Below are positions 37,401-48,200 of a stretch of 64,000 nucleotides of DNA, piece by piece (within the stretch, counting starts at the first letter, position 1; every line of letters begins with the position of its first letter). A program made the translations under genes and the position numbers. The notes beneath the pieces were generated by a model. It did no database searches. It saw only the letters and a list, made by a program, of their open reading frames with translations, and had not been told where the DNA came from. The stretch comes from Raillietiella orientalis (Eukaryota). Location of the stretch: contig JAYWIR010000034.1 of NCBI GenBank assembly GCA_036172245.1, positions 372,001-436,000 of the forward strand, read 5' to 3'.

Positions 37401-40269
37401 GTATTCAGGTTTGTAAGTGAACTTGTTCAGATGTATTATTGATTTTAAACAAATTAAGGAAGCACTATATCATAATGAAATCAAAATTTAACTTTAAGAT
37501 AAGGCAGAAATAATATTTAGTAAACCATTAGATTAAATGCTTAGAAATCATGAGGTAAGGCAATATTCATCAAGATTTCATAGAAATCTGATCTTAGACT
37601 TCGCCTCCGAGCAAAACTGTTGAACCATATTCAAATTATACATTTAACGAGCTGGAGGAATTTTTTATGTACCATGAATCATGCACACAAGTACTGAGAA
37701 AACAAATCGGGCTTGAAAGCATATGATTTAATTCTGTATTGGGTATTAGGCCTTTTCAATTGCTGCCTTGGATGACAATCTGTAAGAATAATGTTGTAGT
37801 GACAATATACCTTCGCAATTATATCTTGCAAACATCTGTCCTCAAAAATTTTTGTGAAGATATCAACTTAAGGTGTTTGAAACCTGTTGGAGGTTTACAA
37901 AATCTGTAAACTGAAAACTGAAACATTGACCTAACAAACACAGAACTCCTTCCTTGAATCATTCAGTCTTTGGAACTCATCTTTACCGAATTTATTAATG
38001 ACATTATTCGATTAAGAAACAAGACTTCATATGATTTACTGAATCTTGGCAACCGAATTTCAAAAATTAATATGCATTCTAATTTAGGTAAAAAAATGAG
38101 CTTTGCATTACATATTATTCCTTGCAACTCTTTCAACACTTAATTTTCCGTAAAGACAATGGGAACTTTTCACTAAAGAATTATAGATCTCACTTAATAC
38201 CCGCATGACTACCACTCACCAAGGGGAATGGATGTCACGGGTGTATCACTATGAAAGAATTTCATTTGTAAGCTCAATTTTTTATTAAAAAAAATGCAGC
38301 TTGCACACAGAACTCTAAATTTGGCTACTTTGGTTCAGATTTCAACAACTGTGAGTTATGCTTTTAAGCCATATCAGTTGATTATTGCTAAGACTAATTG
38401 TACAATTGCTGAAGACAAATGGATTTCATTATTACTAAATGTTCATAAATTTTTCTCGCAAGACATAAAATTACTTTTTTTGTTATGCTATATTAGAACA
38501 TTCACGTGGTATAGCCCCCTTTATGAGTTTCTTATTATGAATAAAATGAAGATCGTAGACATGTACATAAGCTCATGATGTGTTTTTTATTTAATAGATA
38601 ACATAGTGACTGAATTTTGATTTTGTATTATGAATTTTTTATAAATTTGCATGCAGTACACAACTTCTTGTAGCAGTTGCAAAATTTAGTAGCAGTTTTA
38701 GTGGAGCATTCATTTTGACTTCGTTCGAAAGGGCATTTTCAATCATTTGGAAACATGGAAAGCCATCTTAGATAGATGCACTAAGAAGCACTATTACAAA
38801 AATTACTCCAGAAGCAGTGCTTCTGGAGTAATTTTAAAATAAGGGAAACACATCACATAATGATACAATTGAAAATTTGCAAATTGTACAGTTACACCAC
38901 TGTTCCTTGTGACTGAATTCGTGTTTTTCGACTAACCCTTTCAGGTATACAGTTCTTTTACACAAGAAATTAATCTAGAAAATTATTCACAATTGCTATC
39001 ATTTGAATTTCTTCTCCATCTTATCAACTATGCATTATTTTCATCTTTGTGATCTGAACTTTGAACACAGATGCAGAGATTCCGTCATAATGACCTCCGA
39101 AGGGCATACTCTATTCACAAAGAGCTCACTCATATTCATACTTTAAAGCATCCTTTAGAAATCACTACGAAGATTTCAAGAGCATTCAAGAGCCTTCTTT
39201 GTAAATTAACACGAGACATAGAAAAAATTCCTGTTTATTTATAATGCCTGCTTTCTTAAAGAAGAAAACAGTTCCGAGTTTGATTTCTAACGTTAAAAAT
39301 GGAAGTTTCATGTTTGCCTTATTAAAAATATACGAGTGCACACAGATCATGACGGAGATCCAAAAATTTATCAGGTGACTGTCCTGTAGTAAAAACAAAT
39401 TTCATCATCATTCAAATATTCAGTGTTATACAAATATTCAATTCACGTATGCAAACGGGTACAGTGTTCGATCAGAGCTCGGGTCGCAAAAGTCTTCGAC
39501 ATGAGATCATTTTACACTGTAATCATTTAATTTCCAATTCACATATAGAAGACTACGATGAAGAAAGAAAAACATGAAGGGCTCTGGATGTATGATTTTC
39601 ACGATTTTGAACTTCCTTAAGAGTGAATGAACCATGCATTAGCAACCGATTTCAGCCTGTGAATTAACCCACATTTGCCTTCAATCCAAGAGGAACTACT
39701 TTAGATGTCTAAATTCAAGATGAATTCTCATAGATGGTGGAGCGAAGGTATAAAACTGACGTTCAGGAAAATTGCATAAGAAGTGAATAAATTATGTAAA
39801 GTTTGCTCTGCAGACGTTTTCCAACAAGGTCACTACAATTGGGCAGGTGAACTAGGTGACTTGGATGAGGATTCTTTTCAGAATTGCTTTTGAAGGGATA
39901 TCTCTGTCACGAAAGCAGATGATAAAACATGCAGTGGCAATTTTGGGAATCCTAAAGAGAATCAAAGAAACTCTATCATCTCATATTTTCTGATCAACGA
40001 GCAATGCTACTCTCTCTTTCAACTCAAGTTAAAGCATCGTCCTGAATTTCTATTAAATGCCAACCGAAAATTACAGGTATGTTTAGCCAATTTGCTGAAG
40101 TGCAGCCCAAGTTCATTCCGGAATGACTTCGCTGTAGCTGAGTCCATCCGATAAAAAATAATGCAAATACTCTTAACTCGTTGGTTTCCGCACGAATCAT
40201 TTGTGGAGCCTCAAAAGATGATGGAAATCTTTCTGGGTGCTTGAGTTTTCATTGCTTTCCTTGCAGTTT

Positions 40270-40850
40270 TTTCTTTTTGTTTTCCGGTTTTTCCTTGGTT
40301 TGCTAAGTGCCGAAGAAATGCTCGCATCCTTAGGGAGGGTTCACGAAGCTCTTGAACACTGTCCACGCCACCCGGGTGAGTGCAACTCTTCAAGTTAGGG
40401 GGAACCACTATGAATACAGGAAGGTTCTGGAGGGAGGGGCGCGTTCCCTTTAAGCGTGGTAGAAAATCCTCCCTCTGGTTGTCTCCGGGGGGGACTACTC
40501 ATTTCTTCTCTTAAGGGAACCCGTAAAGGATCCGCTGCGGGAATTCTCCGGAGGAACCCGCAAGGGAACTGCTCCTTGTTTCCTCCTTTCAAGAGAACCC
40601 TGAAGGGAGGCTTCCCAACTTCTCTGAAGGGCTCTCTCCAAAGGGTGCAGAGCCTTCTTAACACTCCGGAGAGACGGACTCGCGACTGGGGTATCAACCA
40701 CCTCCATGGTTTAGGCGGTTCCATTTTCACAACGGGAAGGGAACCTCGAAGGGAGCCGGGCTCCTTGATTCTGCTTCCTAGGAAGACCCAGCTTTCAATC
40801 CCGGCCAGTCAACGGGGACATCCGGTTTCCGGCTTCCACCAGTGCCGCCG
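40270..40850 (-). mobile_element. SINE-like element copy 2, body and 3' tail
   Basis: The reverse complement aligns to 6908-7520, e.g. ggtggaagccggaaacc, gcagaatcaaggag, ccccctaacttga, cagtgtt.aagagcttcgt; A-rich tail. Confidence 0.8.
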
Positions 40851-41935
40851 CAGAGTGGGACTCACGTCCTTCCTTGCGCGTCGTCCACGCAGTCTCATCC
40901 ACGGCGGACTGCACCTGCGGCAGGTGGCTGCGCTTGCCACGAAAAACGGGTGGATCTCGCGAAGAATGCATGGGCAAGCAGAACCTTCCTCGCCACTGGG
41001 CTGCCCTCCCTTAGGAGGCACATGGGCAGCAGCCTACGGCTAGATGGAAGGTTACTATGGAAATTTCCGGGAGGAGAAAAGGACTGGGCGAGTGGACGAC
41101 GGGCCAGCTCACTGACGCTGCGACCCCGAGTACTCGACCTCGTGGACTTTTGCGTTGGCGCGTGCTATTGGGTATTCCAGAGGAAAACCTGCAGTGGCCT
41201 CTGGTGCTCATGAACATCCGCGTGGAAAGTGGAAGGAGTCGGCTTTGCTGCTGCTGCATTGGAACCTCCCGTGCAACGTCCGCAGGCATCTGTGGACACA
41301 GGGTGTGTGTGAACCCAAACTGTGCAAGGTGCAGGGAGCGGGAATCCTTCCCGCACCTCCTAGTGGACTATGTTGCCCTCTGATCCCTTTGGGTACACTT
41401 TGCCACGACCCTCGGAACCCTCTGGGAGCAACGCCCGAGACGCTGTAAAGCGCTTCTTCCTGCTCGACGCCCTCACGCCAGCCTCATCCCTAGCAGCACT
41501 TTGCTGTCTACACAGGATCGTGGCTGCATGGAGCAACTCCAGAAGAGATCAGAACCAGAGGGACGCCATATATTTTGCTGTCCTCTTCATGAGCACAGCG
41601 TCAAAATGGCCCCATCTGGGAAGGATAGAAGAGGAATCTGCCGGCATCCTTACAAGGATGCAGGCAAGGACGCCCTTCAACACACAGTGATCCCTTCCCG
41701 CAGCCCTCCCCCCTACACACCATCTTTTTTGACTGCAGTTTTTTGTTTTGTTTTTTTCTTTTTGTTTGTCTTCCCTTCCCTTGTGCTGCCAAGGAGCACC
41801 TCTCTGGCCTGCGTGCCAGATCCCGGCAGGCTCCTTTTCGTATTCATAAGTAACATGGCAGGATCAAACGTCCTGCCACAGACATGTAGGTTTATTTTTA
41901 TAAATAACCGCCTCGGAGTGACCGGGTGTCAACTT
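40851..41935 (+). mobile_element. 5'-truncated Tx1/L1-like LINE 3' end inserted into SINE copy 2
   Basis: With frameshifts reads QWPLVLMNIR-KWKESALLLLHWNLPCNVRRHLW-RVCVNPNCARCRERESFPHLLVDY..LW (zf-RVT). Stop at 41690, T-rich 3' UTR. Flanked by gtgccgccg (40842-40850) / gtgcagccg (41936-41944). Confidence 0.75.
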
Positions 41936-42090
41936 GTGCAGCCGAAACCTATAAGGTCAACCAGTGTCATCCTGGGAGGAGGACTCGAAACCCATGACTC
42001 ACTCATTTCCCAGCGTCCCGTTCTCCACGTGGGGATTCGAACTCGCAACGCTTGGTGTCACGCGCGGAGCATTCCTATTAATCGACATTT
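41936..42090 (-). mobile_element. SINE-like element copy 2, tRNA-related head
   Basis: The reverse complement caccaagcgttgcgagttcgaatcccc...gaaatgagtgagtcatgggtttcgagtcc...caggatgacactggttgacc aligns to 6783-6905. Confidence 0.8.
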
Positions 42091-44603
42091 GGAATTCTGA
42101 TGTTTCAAGCAAGTCGGGGAATTGGAAGTGGGAATTCATTATTGAATTTTTGAAAATCTTTGCAATAAATTTTCGAAACAGATTCAAAAGCTTCCTCAGA
42201 TTTGAGAACGCTAGTAATACTTTGTATGCTTCTTCCAACTGCTTATCCTCATTCTTAACTTTCCCGATAGTCTCTCTACTTCATGTGAATTCTTGGCCAG
42301 GAGACTACAGAAACTACTGGTCGTATACAAGCATGCATATTTTACACATTCATGTTTGTGAGAACATCTTCCCATCCATGTTTGGATACATCTTTCGAGT
42401 CCTAGAGACGATACCTAATTCGATGAATGACCTCTGTTGTGTGCACGCTATCTCCGTTGCGTGGGAACGTACGAATCCTGTCTTATTCAAAGGAAATGAG
42501 CACATCTTGAAAACACCAAACAAAAGTTGCTGCTGCATATCATTTTGCAGAAGAAAAACTTCCATCTCTGCATTCTTGCCCAAACCCTTGTTTTCTTGTT
42601 TGCAGGCTGTCGACTCGTAGTTCTACAGATGGTATTCAGTTTTGTTCCGCAGATGTTCAAGAGAAGGATACGAAAATTTCAACTCTCTTAGTGATTTGGA
42701 ATCTAATTCCAGTTCTTCTGACGAAATTCTAAACCTACCTGATTCATACTTTCATAAATGCAAATGGTCTGTTCGGCCTGAGATTTTCGTGGTCCTATTC
42801 ACGCGAAAGAACAGGAGTCGTTTTCGTAAGATGACTCATCGATGTCGCATTCTTTCTGTAAAAGCTGCTCCCGATGTACCTGACGAGTTGAGTCGGATGG
42901 CAATCCTTCCATCTGCAGAGATCGTTTCCAACAAAACAAAGAAAGGGACGCACTTTTTTTTTGTTTTTTCCACCAAAGTCACGCGCGCAGCCAGGAGAAA
43001 AAAAAAAAAAAAACAGCAGATAATTCCGGTAGCGTCTGCTGCTTTCCTTTTGGCAGGCAAACAGCGAACTCATCACAACCTCAAAGGCTTTAGGGAACAC
43101 GATATGCAAATTTTCTGGAGGATATCGCAACGAAAACAAATAGCGCTAAAGCCATTCACGTTGCTTACTCTGCAGCTGCTGAGGTTGTTGGCTTATAGGA
43201 TTTCTTAAACGACTTTCCTTAACAACGGTGAGCGGAGAAGTTGAGCAACGCTGTTTTGAAACTTTCTGTTGGGATACCATAATACTTTTTGCATCTCCTA
43301 AACCATTAAGATATCGGTATGATTTTGCAAAAAATTGTCTGGTGGTGAAGTTTCTTTACAGATGCTGCATTCGAAATGCTGTTGTGCCTCATGGTATCTG
43401 TTTGTAAAAAAAAAAAAAAAAAAGGTAAAAATTTATTCGAAATTTCCTCACTACCACTTCGGATTCCTACGAGGACGAAACCCTCGAGTGCATTCGAATA
43501 GTAGAGAATGGATGAACTTGGAATTTCTGTTTCCAAAGAGACAGTTGGTCTCAGGGTGCCCAGAGATGTCTTATGAACGAAAGTTATTTGCGAAACAAGT
43601 CCCTGGTGAATCATGATGAAGTTTCAGTGAGGAATCGATTTCTCCGATGCCCAAAGATATCCCCGATCTGGTTTTTATTTGCCCTGAGCTGAGGTGTCTG
43701 TGGATGTTTTCTTGTAAGTGCATGCACACAGGAAATATATTACAGGTTATTAGGTGAGGCAGTATTAAGTATTTTATATGTAAAGAGAGCGTGTTGCCAG
43801 ATATCAAGATTAAATTATCGAGTCCCATGAAGAGGTCCTGTTAGATGATCTGAATTTGCAGTTCCGAGAATACCATGTGTCTCTCTTGAACGGACTTCCG
43901 AAAGAATTCCATAAGAAACATGCCAAAAGAAACAAAGATCGGCAAATTCAATTCTATTTAGCCCGATAAAACATTGATCATTTGAATCTGAATAGATAAG
44001 GTATTTGTTTATTTGATTAGAAACAAGATATCGAAATTATTTCGATTCTCTTTGAGACAGAGTGAAAGGGCGGAGTCTCACAAATCACCCACACCTCACA
44101 ACCCACTCGAATGAATGAATGGCGATTCAAGGATGCTCTTTCTAATCTAAGATCACGAGGTACACCCAGAATATTTATCAGCATACCGAAACTAAAGCTC
44201 GCTTCATTTGATGGGATTCACGCTTGTAAGTAACTTAAGAAAAAAAATGTTCAGAGCTTCCAAGAAGGTCAGGGCTTCGTGCTGAATTTAATGCAATGAA
44301 ACGACTGGGAGAGAAAGATCTAATCTGATTCCATAAACGTCAACTGATCACAAGGGTTTGCACATTTTGTCTTTGTGCTTGGTGAACTTCTGAAAGAGAG
44401 GGGAGGAGAAAAATGGGAATGTTACTTTTCAACAGCCATCCCAGCAATCCATGTAAATCACTCTGACTGAGGAAATGGAGAGGGATTTTCAGACAACCCT
44501 TCCGATAGATAACGTGCTGTTTTCTCCCACCATCTCCAAACTCACAGATGACACTGACTCCAAGTCCTACTTCAGTGTGCTATCTTATGTGCTTGCTATG
44601 AAT

Positions 44604-44609
44604 TTTATT
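44604..44609 (-). terminator. candidate polyadenylation signal AATAAA for gcm (alternative at 44008-44013)
   Basis: Hexamer about 85 nt downstream of the predicted stop codon; motif evidence only. Confidence 0.3.
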
Positions 44610-44693
44610 ATTCTGGCTCGAACGTGTGACATCGATGGTTGCAGACGGCTGCTCCGTAAAGCAGCTTCTGTAGAAGGACAACCAACTGAAGCT

Positions 44694-45250
44694 TCACAGT
44701 TCCGCAATCAGATGGTCTTGAGTTTGCTTCGTCAGGTTTTCCAGCCAAGCACCGTGGTTGAATTGCTGGAAGGGTGAGTAATGGGAATTGCAGCTAGCAA
44801 TTTGATCTGGGAACATCGTATTTGGATTAGGGAACAGGGACCATTCATGTTCTGCCGGGATAGTGAGAATCTCAGAGCTGGGGAAGCACTCGTAGACTCC
44901 ATTTAACGAGGGATCGAGTTCGTACTGTATCGAGGGACTCCACCTGGACTGCCATGTTTGATCTTCGCTCCCAGCAGATTGTTCGTAATGCGATTCTTCG
45001 GACGTGCCGTAAACGAGCAATTCGGGATTGCTGGGAATTTCCATGCAGTGGTTTAGTGCTGAGTCCCAGTCGTGTTGAGCGGCAATCGTGTAGTCCCAGT
45101 CGACTCCCTGGATCTCTTCTACATTGGTAGGCAAATTGTAGACATAGTTCTGACTAGAAGTGAAGTCTGGCAAGAGAACTTGTTCGGGACACCAGGAGTT
45201 GTTCTCCGAGTTTGGAACTTCGCACTCAGATGGGCAGGGGTATTCCTGTC
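44694..45250 (-). CDS. gcm: probable gcm terminal coding exon, acidic Pro/Ser/Trp-rich tail (184 aa + stop)
   Basis: 557-nt open frame after the acceptor aattacag|. Strongly non-random composition (29 D/E, 2 K/R, 7 W), as expected for a transactivation/PEST region. Same strand as and downstream of the GCM exons. Confidence 0.8.
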
Positions 45251-48200
45251 CTGTAATTCGACACATTTTTATTACCCATAATCTGGTAGGAGATCACTGA
45301 GCACAGCGACTAAGCTTGATGTATTTAGAGTGGGAGGAAAGTGCTCGAGAACTCTGTGTTTAGGGAGGTGCAGGGAAGCAACTGCACCGATGCAAGTTGT
45401 GGGCAAGTAGGGAGACCCAGAGAATTGCCATCTTCCTCTCTCGAGGAAATTCCCCTTTATTTTTCTCAATTCATTCAGGAACACGGTGAATAGAAAATTC
45501 AGCTATGTCAGCAATAGGCTCATGCTAAAGTCCTCATCACCTAAAGGGGTTTGTTTCATCGAGGTTATCGAGAAATAGCTTTGATATCGAAATGCCTCCT
45601 GCTGTCACTCAATGGCTCTTAGTACTTTTGAAAGAGAAGCAAATTCACCAACCGAAAAGAAAACTCTTGTTTCTATGCCACTGATGCGATGGTTCTTAGC
45701 AGGCGAAGCTCCTGAGGCTGGACTGTTAAAACTACGGAAAACGTTCCCGGAACTTTCTTGACAAATTTCAGAAATAGAGGCGGCGCTTGATAGGAAAAGG
45801 AAAAGAAATGCACTGGATTTACTTCCCACTATTTTCTACCTGCTTATTTCTTCTTTGTTGGTAGTTCAGATGAACTAGTTTAGCTCTTCCTACGAAGGAA
45901 TGCAGGAAAGGCGAACAAAGAATCGATTGCTTCGCCTTCCTGACATGGAAAACACCATTCTCCAGCTAGAGGCAAAATATTCGCAAAGTTCAAGATGATG
46001 AACACAAAGCCCATAAGCAGGTCATTCTTTAAGTGATCCTGGATTTGCCTGGATCGTGACACATTTGTGTGTACAAGGTCTGTTATCTACAATTGGAAGA
46101 GGCGAAAGAGGTTGCCATGGCAACTCACAAGACATCATGCGTGTAAGATTGCGGATCGTCCAACTAAACTTTCGAGAGAAGCCTTCTTCTTGTTCCACTC
46201 ATTCTGTTTTCTCATTCACTTCGAGTCAGTGCTGCAGGGTCGACTCCTCACGCTTTGTGTAGTTAACAGAAAATAGACCTTCCTGTATGGAAGAGATCAA
46301 GCAGGAGTTTTTCCATTGTACCAACTGTATCAGGATAGTGTTTCTGTTACGAGAAAGGAAGTGAATGTGAAATCTGTTCCTTTGTCCGCAACTGATATGA
46401 CATTAACTCGAAGACAGAGGAGTGAGATCTGTACGAAGTGCGTCAGAGAGAGGTAGAGCCGATGAAACTTGCATTTGTGAATCCCCGAATAAGATTTTAC
46501 CTGTTGGAGGTGGACTCTGCTCTAGTCGGAGTGCGGCATTCATCCTGGTGTCCGAGAAATCCAGCATCTGAAATGAGAAGATGACTTGAGTGGAGTCTTG
46601 TATCTCTTGAACACAGCCAACACCTGTGGCATACCATCGTCAGAGATGAAAACGAATTGAATTTTTAAAAAGTACCTTATCAAACCCCCATATTCGAAAG
46701 CCACACAAGCTAGCGTTATCGGATTCCTACTCGCTTATCCTCTCATTTCCCAACTGTCCAGTCGAAAGGCATGCACCCCTCCGATCTAGATTTTTCGGGC
46801 CTTCGAGCGTCTTCGCTTTTTGTAAGAAACATCATAATCTCAGAGGTATAAACGTCTGATGTGCTCTCTGGAGTTCAGCTTTTCACTGGGAGGGTCAACT
46901 ACCATTTCCTCCTCTCTGTATTCAGACTTTGTTATAATGGAGTGATTATAACAAAGTCGCCCGCGCAGATAGCGTGCTGCATCGAATAGTCTTAAGGTTC
47001 TTAAGAATACCCAAGAATACCTTTCGCCTGATCAACATATGATCTGTGAAAAAATCATATTCGAGCTCAAAATACTCAAGTGGTTTCCTCGGGATATTCG
47101 ACAGAAGATGGATGTAGGCTAAAATTTGAGAAAGCTTCTTGAGAAACTGGAAGGCTCTTGAGGAAGCGAGAAGGATGGTAGGACGTGCAGAATGCGAGAA
47201 ATACGAACTCTCCTGAAGTTGAACTGAGGACCGGACCGAGAAAACTCTGGAACATGCCTCGCACCCTTCCCAGCAATATCACTTGCTATTGAAGATATGA
47301 GCTTGGAGTTTCAGGAATGAAAGAGAAAATGATGCGGTGGAGTGAAAGAACTAAGGTTAGGTTGTGAGACTGAGGTAGACTGATCTCACTGGAGACATGC
47401 AATTTTTAGAATTCTGGTCAAAGGTCTTTGAACATAAGATGATAGCGCAACGGGGCAAGAAACGATCAATTTACAAGAAAATTTGATACAGTATTCATGC
47501 TGCTTACCACCTCTTTTGGACGCGAGACTCCTCCAAAACTGCGAGAAACTGTTGAAGGCAATCCTGTTTAAGATTTTAGGATTACTAGAACTAATAGTTA
47601 ACACTTCCATTGTCTTAGAGGAATTCTCTCTTCATTTTCTGTCTCACAAAACATTCATGTATTTATTTATGTCGAACACTTGAGTCAAACTGACTTTATC
47701 TTCTGTCCTCCTCGCCGTTTCCTGTGTTTTGCAAAGATACTCGAAAATAGGCAAGCATACAAAAGGTGTTCATTTTTGTTGCTGAAATTCAGTTTTGGTA
47801 TTCTAATTTTTCTTGAAACATTCTTTGGTAGATGTACCCAAACCCAGTGCTTGTAGAAGCAATAAAACCACACAGAAACTATTTGATGATGCTGCCTTCT
47901 TGTGTCGTTTACACGAGGGTCATTTCAGCTTCCATCGACAGTTCACTTTTCAGGATGTGCAGCTTTGGTCACGTTCGCTCCGAAACAGCCTGTCCAAGAG
48001 ATCTCGCATTTGCAGAGATAGGCTGCTTTTCTACTGAAGTCGCTGAAGAGTTTTGGGTACGAATGAACTGTGAATCTTATGCGACTTCGAGGAATTGCTC
48101 CACACTTGTAGCTGCTTCCATACAAGATTTCCTTAATTGAATTTTTCCGACTGAGATATCTTTATCTGAAGATTACTAAGAGACTATGCGACATAAGTTG

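Noticed and set aside
38199..38206. Perfect GCM-binding site ACCCGCAT (autoregulation)
   Set aside because: A single 8-mer; about two are expected by chance on both strands of 64 kb, and I saw no cluster.
45840..45889. Homeodomain helix-3 look-alike ([11 protein letters not shown])
   Set aside because: Lacks the invariant Trp and Asn, there are no in-frame helices 1-2, and it lies in a gcm intron.
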